A DNA stretch of 64,000 bases from Chlorokybus atmophyticus (Eukaryota; Plantae; Mesostigma and Chlorokybus algae). The position numbers and the translations under genes are program-made. Of the stretch, positions 1-14,968 are shown in pieces. The notes under the pieces are model-generated. The model had not been told where the DNA came from. It made no database searches and saw only the letters and a program-made list of their open reading frames with translations. Location: the NCBI GenBank assembly GCA_009103225.1, contig RHPI01000772.1, forward strand, positions 685,312-749,311. The letters run 5' to 3'. Every line of letters begins with the position of its first letter. Position 1 is the first letter of the stretch.

Positions 1-1312
1 CATACCTAACACATCTCAACACTGTCAATGACGAGTTGTTGTCTGTCACCACTGCTTGTTCCGTGCACGTATATGTACTATGCATACAATAGTCAGTACC
101 AGTTTTTGCGCTGACGCTGTGTCTCAACATCTGTCCAGTCATCTTCTGTGAGGACATGACCGGGTTGCTCCGCCGCTTTGGATGCCATCAAGGCCGCAAA
201 ACTGGAGGTGAGCACAACTCGCCTGTGTACGCAAGTGATTAGGAAGATGCACAACATGCATGCAAATGCACACAGTTGAGTACTGGACTTGTTGCGCACT
301 TTACAGATTGGGTAGACTTGCATGCACGCAGCACAGCGAGTGTGCCATCGACCGCCAAGCGCCTCATCTCTTCCTCCTCTGACCCAGAGCCCTGAAGCAT
401 GAAACCCTTCACGTTAACCAATGCATGCAAAGAACAAAGAAGCAATACATGTTTGATTCAAATTCTTGTTTGCGACTAAATGCAGTCTGTCATGTGTACT
501 CACTGGTGCCGGAACAGGGTATGCTGTGTGAAGGACACCCTCGCAACCCTCAATGGCGGCATCGATGCTTTCTTCGGACAGCAAATCAGCGGATACAAGC
601 GTCAATTTTTCAGCGCCCGGCAGCGCCTTCAAATGCCCTGCAAGGCGCCAAACCATCAGACATATTGCCAACATTGCGCAACATTGATCCGCTGACATGA
701 GGTTTGATGCTGGGGACTATCAGGTTGGGCTTGAGCCTTGCTGGTCGCTTTTGCATGCAGCTCCTATACGTGTGCACGATGCTCACTGAATACCACATGA
801 CTGCAATCAAGTGAGGCTTTTGGTAAGCAACTTGACCGCAACAGCGTGGCCATGCTTAACTGGCATGCTTTACTGGGAGCACGCATGCAAGCACGTGGCA
901 CAGCTGACGAGCAATAAAGTTGGCTTGGTTTCCTTGTTTGGTTGTTAGTGTGTCGCCAAGCAGGCAGCAGCCAACATCCATTTGCACTTCAAATCATAAA
1001 GAATATGCTTCAGTACAAAAAGCATGCATAGCCATGCACGCTTTGCAAAGCTTGCATGCACGCAGTGAAAGCAGCATCACATGGCAATAAGCAGATTGCT
1101 TGCATGTTGGTCAAAATCAGGTGCCATGCAGGCCAGCATGGCGACTGGTTGACGGACCGCACTGACTGACCAGTCTTGTTAGGGTCGTCAGGGTTGCGCA
1201 CGGTGCCCCGGACGCTGTAGCCTCTGGCTAGGAGCTCCCTGACGACGTGGGAGCCGATGAACCCCGCCGCCCCGGTCACGCACACCAGCGATCCTGGCGC
1301 CACCGGCGCCAT
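1..1312 (-). CDS. NAD(P)-dependent epimerase/dehydratase, cinnamoyl-CoA reductase / dihydroflavonol reductase-like (extended SDR); multi-exon, 3' end runs off the window
   Basis: Exon 1312-1171 encodes [41 protein letters not shown] (Rossmann TGxxGFIG). Later exons give [36 protein letters not shown] and [10 protein letters not shown]...DW...NW, typical of the CCR/DFR family. The start may lie further upstream (ORF open to 1450). Confidence 0.88.
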
Positions 1313-1807
1313 GCTGCTGCTAATCCGGATGCTTAGTACTCTACGCTGCTGTTGCAAGCAAGCTGGCTGCTTGGACACCAGCTTTATGCACCTCCACGAC
1401 GACGGCAAGAACTCCCCCGCCGCCCCTACCGCCGCCAACGACAAAGACATGCTGTGGGTGGTGCATGTTAGCTCTTAATATTGCTTGCCAGGCGGGCCAC
1501 CTCCATGCCGGCGGCGGCGACGGTGGAGGCGGCGAGGGCGGCGGCAGCCGCAGGGTTGTGCTGGAGCACATGGCTGTGAGCTGAGCTCCGTTCAGCTTAT
1601 CTAAAATCAACTCAGCTGAAATCAACTCAGCTTAGCTCTGCAAGCAATCAGAGCAAGCACTTGTGCATTGAGTTTTGTTTCTTTGCTAGTTAGTGCATTG
1701 CGTGTTTGTGAGTGTTGGGTTCCTTGGGGGTTGGTTTGAGCTCTGGGTTGGGCTTGCTGGCCAAAAGCTTGCCAATGGCTTCAGCGGGGGCAGCTGTCCA
1801 GAGCAGC

Positions 1808-4800
1808 ATGCCCCGCCCGGCCATGGGGGTGGTGACAAAGGCGGCGCTGGCGGAGTTCCAGCAGACGGGCAAGCTGACCGTTCCCGCTGTTGGCACGGCA
1901 GCCAACGCCAAGCGCTTGCTGTTCGAGCTTTGCCTGGCTGTTGTAAGTGTACAGAAGAAGCTGATTTTGAAGTGTAGTGTACATACATATTCTGCGAATG
2001 GTTTTCAGCGAGAAGTAACCTGTGTAGCTTCATCCAACAGCAGTGCATGCTGGTCGTGTGGTATGCATTGTGTGAACTTCAAAAGTAAAACCAGCTGTGT
2101 ATTTTCAAGTTTTGTGTATCCAATGGGAAGGGAATTCATATACAAAGCCTTATCAGTGACTTGTCATGTTGGCGAATCTGAAATTTGACCACTTCACTGC
2201 TTCATTATTGGTCATGCGCTCGTGCAAGTTGCTTGTTGACTCATGTAAGGGTTATGCTGCTTAGCACGCACATCACAATTGGTTTGCAGCTGTGTAGTTT
2301 GATGTAATGTTATTGCCGTGTTGTTGGTTTAGTTTGTCCGCTTTCATCCTTGTGATAGGTCATTGTTGTAACCTGTTGATTTCCGTAGATTTGCTGCATC
2401 AAACTGCTAACAACATCTACTATTACAGTCAAGGAGCGACATACCTCCAGATATAATTCCCTCGCTGCTGACAACCTTCGATTTCACAAGCATCTCCCCA
2501 CCGCTGGACGTGCCTTCTGTGCTAGCGGATGCACTTGCGCACCTGTCAATCGAGGTATGTGCTCAGGCACAACGCTAGTATACAACATGAAGCATGTATG
2601 CCACACATGAGTGCACACATTTACCTGCAGTGTTGGTTGGTTTCTCATTGTGTGCATTGTGCAGATGGACGCTGCATCGGCACCCGAGGCTCACGCTAAC
2701 CTTGTCAAGCTGGTGAGCTGCTGACTTGCAGAGCTGAAGCTCACGCAAAGAGATCCACATGATCGAGGCCGGCAGCGCCCGCGGGCACTGCCAGACAAAC
2801 CCTCCTGCGGCTCTGTTTGATCAACGTAAACGCGGCAGGTCAAGGAGTTGCTGAAAGCCAAAGTCTTCAAGCCTGTGTTCTTGAAGGAGCGCTTTGAGGT
2901 TAGTGTCAAATTCTAATGAGCCAGTGTTTGTTTCGCCGTGCCTTGTTTTGGTGTACCTAAAGTGTGTGTGCAATTGGTTGCAGTTGGAGTTTTTGGAAGC
3001 TTGTGGGCTTGACGTTGCCGACAAATTTCACAAACGCGAGGTAGGCCTCTGGTTTGGGCAACATCCTTTCACCTTCTGTCTACTTACTCGACCAGAATTG
3101 CTGTTTTTCAAAGCTGAGGCATTGCATTGCTACGCAGATACGAGTCAACACTAGGCAGCTGTACACACAAACCAAGTTCAATCTGCTGCGGGAAGAGAGC
3201 GAAGGATTTGCCAAGCTGGTGATTGCTTGATTGCATAAATGTTGTACCCAATTGCAATGGCAAAGCCGCTCTGCTGGAAGGCTTGACTTTGTGTGCTGCG
3301 CAGATCACACTCCTTAACAATCCCGAGGCCTGGACGGCGCCCACCGTTGCACTCCAACGGATGCAATCGCTCATTGGCTACTTTGACCTAGACCCGAACC
3401 GAGCGCTTGACATCCTGCTCGACAGCTATGAGCTCCATCTACAGAAGACTGGTTACTTGCAACTGCTGCCTGCATTCAACAGGGCAAAAGTGTGCCACGT
3501 GCTTGGCTTCAACTTTGAGTACTACAAACGCCCTGACGTGGCACAGTCCACGCCCGAGCTGTTGTATTTGCTCGCAGCTGCTGTGATAAAGGCGGGTCAG
3601 GTGGACATAGACAGCCTCTATGGTCATCTTTCACCCGCTGATGCGGACGCCAAAGAGGCTCACGCGCTGGAGCTCAATCGAAGATTGGATATCGCCAAGC
3701 GGATCGGCGTGACCAACCTGCTTGCTGCAACCGATGAGGATGCTGCTGCATCGGCAGCGAAGCAGGCGGACGAGGCTGAAGAAGCTCTCACGGCCAAAGT
3801 GGAACCCTGGCAGGAGGACAATCAGAAGCTCGGGCTGCTTTGCGCGTTCCTCAAGTTTGATGATTGGCCGCATGCAGTGCAGTTGCTGGACAGGCTTTCG
3901 GACCTTGACCCCGTGTCGTATCCTCCGGTGGCAGCCGCGCTGTTCGCCCTGATTGAACGTACAATTAAGCCGTTGTACCGGCGCATCGCGCCATTTCAGA
4001 ACTCAGAAAAGAGCAGTACTAGGCCGGTGCTGCAGTGGCAGAACCTGGTAGCCATGCTGCGGCACGCCGGTTATTACTTGCACCAGAACATCGTTCTGTT
4101 AGTCAAAGTGGCACGCGTGCTTCGCGAGCGGCTCGTCACGCAAGGCGCGGTGCCTGTGGCAAACATCTCGTCTGCCAAGGTTTCACCGCAGGTATCTCTT
4201 CGCGTGCACGCACCCACAGACGCCCACCCACATGCGCACAGACACACACGCGAATGCAGGCACGCGGGCGCACGCTCGGGGCATGTCCCCCCCCCCNNNN
4301 NNNNNNNNNNNNNNNNNNNNNNNNNNNNNNNNNNNNNNNNNNNNNNNNNNNNNNNNNNNNNNNNNNNNNNNNNNNNNNNNNNNNNNNNNNNNNNNNNNNN
4401 NNNNNNNNNNNNNNNNNNNNNNNNNNNNNNNNNNNNNNNNNNNNNNNNNNNNNNNNNNNNNCCTCCCCCTGCCACAACACACACATACACATACACATAC
4501 AGCGCAGCGTCATATTTGCACGCGCACTGCCTGACCAGGTCCCTTAACAGGTGCGGTCCGCACGTGCCGATGTGGAGGCAGCGCTCGGAAGTTGTCTGCT
4601 GCCATCACTTAGCTTGATTCCAGCCAATGCTGGGGTCGTCTTTGAGGTGTGGGAAGTGGTCAAGTTGCTGCCGTATCAATCTAGATACCGCCTGTATGCC
4701 GAGTGGAAGACAGCTGGCGGCGATAAAACGCCAGCATTGGTAGCAGCAAGAATTATGGCTGTACAGGTGATGCCTTACATTGGTGCATGCAAGACAAGCA

Positions 4801-7800
4801 CAAATGTTGCAGTTGCTTCTTTTTTGTTTCATGTATGTGAGCCTTGGTAGTGCAGTGTGATTATTGAGTATATTGTTGTTGGCAGGCAACCAAGAAGGTG
4901 ATGCGTCGCATTGCCAAGGAGAACATTAAGCAGATGGGCAGGCAGCTAGCAAAGGCCACGCATGCGAACCCCGTTGTCACCATGGGCGCCATCGTGAGCC
5001 AGATAGAGGCCTACAATACAATGATAGGACCCGTCGTAGATTCCTTCAAGTTCTTGACCAACATGACGTATGATGTTCTGGCATATGTCATCGTGGAGAG
5101 GCTAGCGTTGGGTGGCCGGGACAAGCTTAAGTCCGATGGCACCAACATTGCCGGCTGGCTGCAATCGTTAGCGTCATTCACCGGCCACCTGTAAGCTTTT
5201 TCACACCAACTTGCAGCAAGTATCATATCCAATGCCTGTCCAATGTGTATAACAATATCGCATGTTACAGGTGTCGAAAGACTGCTCATGTGGATTTGGC
5301 GGGACTATTGCAGTACATCGTCAATCAACTCAAGGACGATGAAACATTGGATCTGTTGGTGCTCAAGGAGCTGATAGCACGCATGGCGGTGATTGAGACC
5401 GTGGAAGATCTCAACGATGAGCAGTTAGAGGCTCTTGCTGGAGGTGATGCTTTGCGCGGGGAGGCCACCAGCCTAGGCATGAGCAGACCTGGAAAGGTAT
5501 GCTCATGACAGTCATAGGTCTTGACACTATCAGTCAGTCGCGTGATGTGGTCGTTTGTTGTTGCCACCAACAAGCATTGCGCAATGCAGGTGATGAAGCG
5601 CTTGCGGGATGCATTGCAACCCGCCACGGGCGAACAGCTAGCAGTGCCGCTGCTCTTACTCATTGCGCAAGAGCGCAATGTTATCATGTACAAGAGCCAG
5701 CTTCCACATCTCAAGTTGATCGTGGAACTTTACGATAAGTGCCAGGTTGGACTATCAGAAGCTCAGTTTGCACCAATGGTCAAATGTATAGTTGATTTGG
5801 GGGGAACGTGTCAAAAGTTTCTAGAGTATCAACAGCATGTGTTAACTGGGTTTGATACTTGCATGTCTCAACTGCCGTAGCTGACTATGTGTTGACTCGC
5901 TTGCAGGATACTTTGCTGCAATACGTGGAGTTCTTGCAAGCAGCACTGACGCCAGCCGCGTCGTACCTGTCCATCCTCCCGCCATTGCTGTCCTTGTTTA
6001 CGGACTTCTACTTGCCTGCGGAAGTTGCCTTCTTTATCTACAGGCCTCTGCTGGGCAAACTTGTGACGCAAGGACCTACTACTGAAGCAATGGAAGTCGA
6101 TGATTCCAATCAGGCCAATGGTGCGTGAATAAAACTTTGATGCCAGCCATGTCATGCCCCAGACCTAAATGATGAATTGTAGGGTCTCAGTATGCACACC
6201 GGTACCTGCGCAAAACAACAGTTCTTACATGCAGGCAAGGTGGATGCAAAGCCGCAGTTTACGTACTCCGACTACCTCTCTGTGTGTAGACAAGTGCTGC
6301 CTCCAGAGGCCACGCAGCTGAACGAGCTCCTGTATGCTACTTTCTGGGGGCTGTCTCTGTACGACATATATTGCCCGACAGATAGGTAAGATGCTGCATA
6401 ACATATGGCCTTCTTTTTCTTGTCATCATTGCCAATGCTTGTTGCACCTCAGGTATACGTCAGAGATTGAGCGACAGAAGGTCTTGCTGAAGCAGCTGGA
6501 GGATAGTAGGGACACTTTGCCTGAGGCTATCACTCGCCGCAAGAAGGAGAAGACTCGCATTCAGGAGGTAGTACTGCTGCCCAGTGCCAGATGTCATCTT
6601 CAAATTACAAACATTGGTTGAGCGTATTTACTCGCCATTGTATCAACCCCGTTTGTTGCAGACACTAGATCACCTTGTGCAAGAGAAGGAGTCACAGCAG
6701 AAGCATGTGCAAGCTGTGTTCAGCAGGCTGACAGCTGACAAGGATGACATCCTTCCAGCCAGCGTGGACCGCAAAGAAGTCATTCAGCAGCTGCTACAGA
6801 CGTGCATCTTCCCACGGTTAGGAAGTCTTCTAGCAGAGCTTGCTCTGGGACATACCAGACTTGCCTTATAACAAGCTTGTGCCATGCAGATTGATGTTCA
6901 GCAGCACAGACGCAGTGTACAGTGCCAAGTTTGCGCATCAGCTGCACCGGATGGGCACGCCTGGTTTCCAAAGCTTGCACTACTTTGACCACGCCATCAA
7001 GCTCTCAACACAGGTCAAGGAGTGTCATTCGGCTCCATCTGTTTGCTCACTTCACTGTAATGTGTCATTCTGCTGGCGGTCTGGTGCGTCAGCCGCTGTT
7101 TGGCCACAGTCTGGCGTGGTTCGCAGTGACTGACTTATTTACTTGTTGTTCTGTTGCAGATTGTGGTGTGTTGTACTGAAAGTGAAGCAGGCAGACTTGG
7201 CAAGTACTTGCAAGAGACTTTGCAGTTGCTATCGCACTGGCAGAAAAGCAAGGCTGTTTATGAAGCCGAATGCGAGAGCCTTCCAGGCTTTGCCAAGAAC
7301 CCACACGAGGATTCCGGGCGTGCATCATACGAAGACTTCTTGAAGGCAAGTTGTTCATCAACTCATTGCAGTGCATGGAAAAGGCCGTCATGGTGCATGT
7401 GTTTTATTACATAGCTGTGTTGCAGCTTTGTGCAAGCTGGCAGCAGCGCCTCACCAAGGCTTTCTCCTTCTTTCTTGAGACGAAGGAACATGTGCGCATA
7501 CGCAACGCTCTGCTGGTGCTCACGCGCATTGTCAAAGTCTTCCCGGCCACAAAGAAGGCAAGCCGTGCAATAGAGCTTCGCGTCACCAAGTTGAAGAGCG
7601 ATGAGGAGCGCGAAGACCTCAAGCTCATAGCGACACGCTACCATGGGCTCCTTGTGCAAAGAAGGGTATGTTACTGAGGGGTAGCAGTAGCCACTACCAC
7701 ACACAGTGACCATGCATTGGTCGGAGTCATGTATGCTGCGCTGCAGCTTACATGACTCATGCTGATGTTTTGTTGTTGCAATTCTCCTCGCAGCCTTTGC

Positions 7801-9766
7801 TTCTGACGGATGAGCAGTTCAATCCGTACGGGCCTAAGCCCGCCAAGGGTGCGGCTGGCGATGGGCCTGATGCATCAGGCACGCCTGCAGACATTGGGGA
7901 TATAGAAGCTGGAGAGATCACAGACGGGCTGTCTGGGGACAAAGCAGCAGCAGCCGAACGTGCGCATACTCCCTCAAGCCAACATGAGAAGACTCCGCCA
8001 GCGCGCGCACCTTCACCAACAACCGCACCCGCACGGCCAGTGAGCTCGCCCAGCGCAGCGTCTCAAATACGCTCCGCACTTAAGGTTGGATGATGCATAT
8101 TGTCCTTCGCATCTTCCTATTGCCAGCCAGTGACCATCGCTTGTGTAACAATATTTTGTGAACAGCCTCAATGTTTGCTGTTGGTCTACATTTGTTTTGA
8201 ATAAGTGTACTCACCCTTTGCTTCTGGCTCAGGCTGCTGTCGCAGCAGCAGTATCAAGGCCAGAGGGAGCCGTGTCCGAGGCAAGAGCCTCTAAGCCTGT
8301 CTCTTCTTCCGCCAACGGTCACAGACCTACAACAGAATCAGCAAAGCCTGAAGGCAGGTCTGAAGGACAAGCTGCAGGAGCAAGCAGGCCTCCCAGGCAT
8401 GCTGCGGAAGACAGCAGCAGCGCCAAAGCGCGAGAAGAGCCATCATCATCGGTGAGAGAGCGCGGCAGTAGGGAGCCGCAGCACCGCGAGGAGGGAGAGC
8501 TTCAACATGAAGGAGGAGGAGGAGGAGGTTCCAGAGGGGCTGGAGGAGAGAGGGAGCCTATGCGGAGGCAGCAGCATCCGTCCTCTGAGCAACCGCGCAG
8601 CAGGGGCACTAGTCCGGGAAGTGCGGCCTTTGATTCACCACAGAGGCGGACTATAAATACTACTTCTCAGGCTTCTCAGCCGGCGTCAATCCTACCCGGG
8701 CCGCCGCCCGGCCTCGGCCCTGGCAAGGTCAAATCGCGCTCGCCGGACACGATCTCGCCGGACGAGGAGCGGATGCGGCGCAAGCGGGTACGGGATGCTG
8801 CAGAGGAGCAAGCAGACCGCAAGTTGAAGGTGAGACACAATTGGCTTTGCTGTGGCTTAAACCTGCTGATTGTTATACGTGCGTGCGTGCGTGTGCATGC
8901 GCAAGAACGGGGCATTTGTGACAAGTGCTCACTGCTGGCTTGCTTAGGTGGACAAGCTGGACCGCAAGACGGAAAGGCGCGAGGAGAGGAGCTCTTCACG
9001 TGAGCCGGTCCTGCCGCCTTTGCCGCCGCCACGCGTGGAAGCTTACGAGCGTGAAAGCGCCAGGGATCGAGTGTCTCTCCGCGAGCGCGACCGCGATGCT
9101 GAGCGCGAACAGGAAGCCAGTCATGGTCGCCGCCAGACGAGCTACGAGGTATTGAACACTGGAAGCATGATTTGTTCACACTGGAATATTGTCGCAATCT
9201 GTAATGCAGACTTGTTGCAGGATGCTTGTTATGCTTTGGAGGTGGCTTGTTGTTAGCTAATTGTGCATGTTTGGCATACACGCGCACATGTACGGCATGA
9301 ACAGGCTTGGTCTGCACATGCGTGTGTACACGCATGTTGCATGCCAAACATGCAGTAGGGTTCTCGAGCAACATGCGCACACATGAAGTTGCTGCATGCA
9401 CACCAATCACGTGTTGCTCTTGCGCAGGGGCCGCCTCGACCGGAGGCCAAGCCTGAGTTGGTTCGCTGGCGCAGGAAGGAGCCGGAGAGCAGCGGTGGCG
9501 GCAGCCGACAGCAGCACATGGACGTGGTGTCGCGCGCCGACCGCGAGGACGAGTATGACAAGGAGCTCAAGCGTCGCAAGGTTGGCGGTATGTCAGGGAG
9601 CGGCAGCGTGAAGTCGATGGGTGGGTCCGACAGAGACATGGAGCGAGGATCGAGCATGCTGCCACCTCCGCCACCGCCCGCTTCGCGATTGGAGTCCAGA
9701 GAAGACGATCGGAAGCGCGTCAAGCGACACGAGAAGGACCGCAGAGACTACAGGCGGGAGTACTAG
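1808..9766 (+). CDS. THO2: THO complex subunit 2 (THO/TREX), many exons, spans an assembly gap
   Basis: Spliced segments resemble plant THO2: KRLLFELC, LYTQTKFNLLREESEGFAK, SLIGYFDLDPNRALDILLD, KENIKQMGRQLAKATHANP, IEAYNTMIGPVVDSFKFL, LQTCIFPR, FSSTDAVYSAKF, EHVRIRNALLVL and EEREDLKLIAT. A long charged low-complexity C-terminus ends ...DYRREY-TAG at 9766. Start could be ATG 1808 or 1823. Confidence 0.95.
4297..4461. other. Assembly gap (N run) inside a THO2 intron
   Basis: Run of N next to a poly-C tract. Confidence 0.99.
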
Positions 9767-10428
9767 ACCAGGCGTGCATTGTTGGCAACCCTGACGACCA
9801 CGGAGCTGCTTTACGCCGGGTGCATTGCGACATGTGACACGAACGCTGTCAATGTTTGGTTCACTTGATGTGTTGCGGTCCAGAATTTGTTATTGAGTAA
9901 GGTTATTGATTGGGCTGCCCACACGCAGCCCATCAGGGTCACTGTGCGGGCACAGCCGCCCTGTATGGGCAGAAAGCACTGACGCTCATTATGCCTGTAA
10001 GTTGGGTCACCATGCACATAGATTTGTGTGGAGTAATGAAACACTGAATGGCCAAGGCATGGCCGTGAAAGGTTTCAGTCGCACCACAACGTCAGGAAGA
10101 TGGCATATGCACTTTCAATGCGCTTGGCTTAGCAGCCTGTTTCTATGCGTCAGTGTGACGGTCCGCACGAGGACCATCTATACTTGACATGCTTGCCTCC
10201 ATTGTGTACAAAAGAATGTTGCGGGTATTGCATATCCAACAACCATATGGTCAGAATGCTTGCATGATTAACTGTGTGATACTGTGCTTCAGACGTCTGC
10301 AAGCATGCTTCTAACAAGCTGGACATTGCGCATCCATGCAATGTGTGCAAGTCTTTCCCAACAGATGCAATGGGCAGCGCACAACAGCACAAAGTGAACT
10401 CAACCGTTTACTATGCACAAGCACGGTG

Positions 10429-12697
10429 TCATGTCCTGTGCTTGCAGTACCGCAAGCACAGCGCCCACACAGCGGCCGATGTGACCGCCACGGTGGTAAC
10501 CCGCCACAGAAGCACGCGCACTCGCTTCGGCACCAGCGCCCTCTCGCTCTCCGACGGCATGACCACAAGCTCCTGAACCTGTTCAAGTCAACCCGTGCAT
10601 TGAGCTTAAGAACGCGCAAGACTGGCAGACCGAGCCGCAGCACATGCACGAGTGCTTGCGCGAGGCACACGTGTTGGGGCCACACACAGCCACGCATGCA
10701 CGCAAGCACACACACACCTCTATCTCGCGGTCCCAGTTGGCTTTGATCCCCTGCACATGGCCGGCGCCCACCACCGCCACGACAGAGCCAGCCTTGGCCG
10801 CCACTGCCCTAAGAGTGTGCGCCATGTACCTATGCACAGGCACATACAACAGTGATATGAGACGTCATGTACCATACGCGCAGGCACGCATGCACGGCAG
10901 GTACAATGTGGTGCATACATGTCGCGTTCGGTCAGCAGGGTGGTGACCAGCGTTGGGTAGCGCTGGCCGAGCTCCTTTATGCACTCTGTCAACACGTCCG
11001 TCTCCTTTGCCTCTTCCAACTGTCATAAAACCAATAATTAGACAGCTGTACTAGTGCACAGCTCACTAATAACAGTTCACTATGCTGCAGTCTTCCGCTC
11101 AACGCTGACAATTGTATGCAAGTGTACTCAAGCTTTACAGCTTTAGTACACTCGCTTTTGCACTAAACATGTCCATACCATGACTGTTTGATTCAAGACT
11201 GTGCCAATATGCTACTGTGTTGTGATCACAAGAGCGGTTAATACACACGTGTGTGCAGGCGCATGCACGCAATCACACATGCCGTGCTCACCAGCTTTTT
11301 CAGCTCGTCAGAGTCGGGCAGAAACAGACCCTCGAATAGGATGTTGTACACGAGCGTTATGCGCTGCCACCTCGTGAGCGACGCCCACGCCCTCGCCACG
11401 GTGATCTGAGTATAGTGGGTAGTTGTGGTGACACACACGGGCGCACATAGGCGCACTGAAACACACAAGCACACGCACATACAACGACAAAGACATTTCA
11501 CAAACGTCAACATGCGCACACGCAGACGCTCGCAAGCATACGTGTATGCTCACGCGCACGCATGCACGCTGCGTACTTGCACGGCTCGGTCCCCAAGCAC
11601 GAACGCCCCCACGCGCGCCATCTGCGCTTCCTCCAGAGCCACGCGGAACTCCTCGCCGGGCCGCACTTCCAGACTTGAAGCAACCTGTGGAACGGAGGGC
11701 AAGTTATTATCGGTGCTTGCGCGCGTACGTGTACCACGTGCATGTATGTGCACACATAAGCACGTACATGCATATCTACACACACACATGTACATGCATT
11801 CGCACATGCATAAGTGCATGTGGACACATGTGTGTAGACGTGTATGCATGTGCATGGCCGGGCATGCACATGCATGTATGCGGTAACAACGCCCCTGCCC
11901 CGGCTTATTCTGGTTGCAAAGCAGTGTGCCTTGCAAGTTGAGGGCATGCATACACGCAACTTGAAGGAGACACATGCACATGCACATGTAGCACATGTGC
12001 TTCTACAGTTGAATGCGTGTGCGTGCTTGCGTGCCTCTCCCTTTCTCACCTTCTCCAGGAACCAGCCGTACATAAGCTCGAACATGTTGGCTTGGCCTTG
12101 CCGCCATTGCGCAACAAGCTCACTAAACGTTGGTATCTGATGTAAAGAGACGAGTGCAATGAGTGCGTAATCAACTGTCACACGTACACACAACACGAGC
12201 AAGCATCCACCAACCCATCAGTAAGCTATCCTGGCTTCGTTGTGCGCACGACAACATGAAAACAATTCCCAACCTTGGAGTCGGTCTTCTTCAACAAGCC
12301 GGTCCGAGCATTGCACAACTCCACGAAAACAGCCTGCACAGAAACAGAAACAGACAGAAGCAACATGATCAGGTCAAGTTGCACAACAAGGCCAACACAA
12401 ACCAGCATCCACACCGCACCATCAGCTCACTTTGGGTTGTACAGCTCGTATGAGTCTTCGTACGTCCTCGCAGCTCTTCGCCGACACGTGCGCCGTGCCA
12501 AGCAGGAACACGCCCTCCTTCTCCTTCTCCTCCTTCCCATCATCATCATCATCATCATCGTCCGCGCGGCTACGAGTGCGAAGAGGCGAAGGCAGACGCG
12601 TGACGATGGCGGCGAGATCAGGAGGGAGAGTGGTCGTGGTGGTGGGTTCAGGCTGTTGTTGCTGTTCTGGGGTGCATGCGGCGTCGCTGTCGGGCAT
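10429..12697 (-). CDS. TraB-domain protein with C-terminal hydrophobic tail
   Basis: Exons encode FLLGTAHVSAKSCEDVRRLIRAVQP, VFVELCNAR, PGEEFRVALEEA, VLGDRAVQITVARAW, LLTERDMYMAHTL and VVAVVGAGHVQGI (TraB motifs). The last exon ...LLWRVTTVAVTSAAVWALCLRYCKHRT ends with TGA at 10429-10431. Start codon uncertain. Confidence 0.9.
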
Positions 12698-13479
12698 TGT
12701 GTTGTGGTTGCTGCTGCTGCTATGCTATTGCTCGTTGTTGTGTCGTCTCTCTCGTTGTGTTTTGTTCCGTTCGGTGGCAGCACTGCACTCAGACAAAGGG
12801 TAAGCAAAACACGAAGCAAACAACAGGAAGAAAGGAAACAAAGCTGGTCTGGCTGGCTACGGAGCGTCGTTGCCGAACAGAACGTAAGGCGGGAGAGAAA
12901 AGCAAAAGAAAGAAACGCAAGCACAGACATGCAAGCGACTGTCCATTGGTTGTTCAATCTGTTTTCACATTCACACGCACAGAAGCACGTGCACGCTCGC
13001 AACGCCAACATACTACGAGTCCCCCTCAGGAACATTCGTGAGCTGCATGCATATACTATCACACCATCACGCGAGTGCGCGCGCACACACACAACCACAC
13101 AGGCACACCTCTTAGAGCCCGTCCAAAGCAGGCTGACCAGGCTGGTGCCGCCTTTTGTCCTCCTCCTCCTCCCCCGCTTCGTTATCCTCTATCTATCCGC
13201 GCTTGCTTGCTCCCTCCGCCCTCGTCCTCCGCCGCCGCCGCCTCGGCCTCCGCCTCCGCCAGCACAGCGTGTCTCAGGCGGCATCCACGTGTGCCCAAGG
13301 CGCAACGCAGCTTTCTGGCAGCTCAACGAACAGCTCCGGGGGCAGAGGCGGAGGAGGCGGCGGAGGAGGACGACGAGTTGGATTAGGGGGAGGAGGAGGA
13401 GGAGGAGGAGGAGTAGTAGTAGGAGGAGGAGGTGGTGGAGAGGATGCTGTGACAGAGAGTTGGACCAGGGGAGAGCGTC

Positions 13480-14926
13480 ATGGACAAGTTGCGGGGGCTG
13501 TTTGGTGGTGGCGGCGGCGGCGAGGGGGCGGCGGCGTCCGGCGATCTCGGAAAGGCCATGTCCATGGACAGGGTCAAGCTACTATTCAGGTCGCACAGCC
13601 ATCACCATCACCATCACCATCACCATCACCATCAACATTACCATTATGGTCGTAGATCTGTCAATGTTGACAGTATCCACCCTTGGCTGCCTGGTTGAGA
13701 ATAACAAGCGTGAATGGCAAGCATTGATGGTTGGTCACTGTCACATTGTTACGCACATCTGGGACACATTCAGCAGGCCGCTTCAAGATGGTGATAGCCA
13801 GCAAGCACAGCAGTAGCGCACATTGATGATTTGCGCAAGTGCTGTGACAACAACAGCCACCAGCTTTACTGCAACGACTGATACTATCATCATCACTGAT
13901 AATGCGGAACATCCATTGAAGTTGTGCAATCAAGGACACGAGCATTTGCACGCATGCACGCACGCACGCGCATGGACATGTGCAGAACCAGAAGAGTTCA
14001 CAAACACACCCACAAGCACAATGTCATGCACGGGCATGTGTGTGTCACACACGCACGCGCACACCACTACTGCATTATTACAGTTGAGTTGCATCAAGCT
14101 TGCAAACTTCAAGACTTGTCCATCCAACCCTTTTCATACTCACTCACTCTCTCCCCTCTCTCTCAGTTGGCAAGGTGCCGATGAAGAAGCCGCCGCCTCC
14201 ACAATATCATCCGCCCCCAACTCAACAAGTTCAACCGGCCTAGCGAACGCGCGTCTCAAGGCGTGGATCGGCGCCGTGTCCGGACAGCCCTCGCAGCCGG
14301 CGCAGGAGCCGGGGTTCTTCGACGAGTTGGGGGATTCGATCAAGATGACAAGGATGCAGGTGAGTTGGGTGGCTGGGTGGGTATGGGTGTGGGTGTGGGT
14401 GTGGGTGTGGGTGTGGTTGATTATCCCTTGATGTGTGTGCAGAGGCTGTACGGGTTTGCTATATGCGTGGGACTCGGCCTCATCTGCATGCTGCTGGTGA
14501 GCGAGCCGGAGACAAACCCGTGTTGTGGCACATAAACACGCACACACATGCGTGTGTTTATGCACGCAAGCATACGCGCATGTATGCACGCACATGTCCG
14601 CGCATTCGCACACGCATATACAAGCTTCATGCACATGCATACACATATGCTCACACGCCCACGTGCACATGCACGCATGCGCTTTGTGGTGGTCACAGAC
14701 TGATCAACAACCCAATGGCAGGCGTTTCTTGCTGTGATGGGTCTGAAGCTGACCAAGTTCGCGGTGTTTTACACGGCGGGCAACATGCTGTCTCTCGGCA
14801 GCACGGCGTTCCTGGTGGGTCCCTGGCAGCAGTGCAAGAACATGTTCAAGAAGCACCGCGCCGTCGCGTCCTGCGTGTACCTCTTCTGCATATTTGCAAC
14901 GCTCTTCTGCGCATTCAAGGTATGGG

Positions 14927-14968
<42 letters not shown>

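Noticed and set aside
1604-1632. 14-bp direct repeat aaatcaactcagct x2 in the epimerase/THO2 divergent promoter
   Set aside because: Real but only two short copies with no recognisable motif; too weak to interpret.
13600-13640. Poly-His ORF from (CATCAC)n
   Set aside because: Lies after the SFT2 donor TTCAG|gtcgca near 13590, so it is an intronic hexamer repeat.
12275-13816. 513-aa plus-strand ORF and other long overlapping ORFs here
   Set aside because: They are antisense to TraB exons and run through introns, GC-rich UTRs and simple repeats; no domain content.
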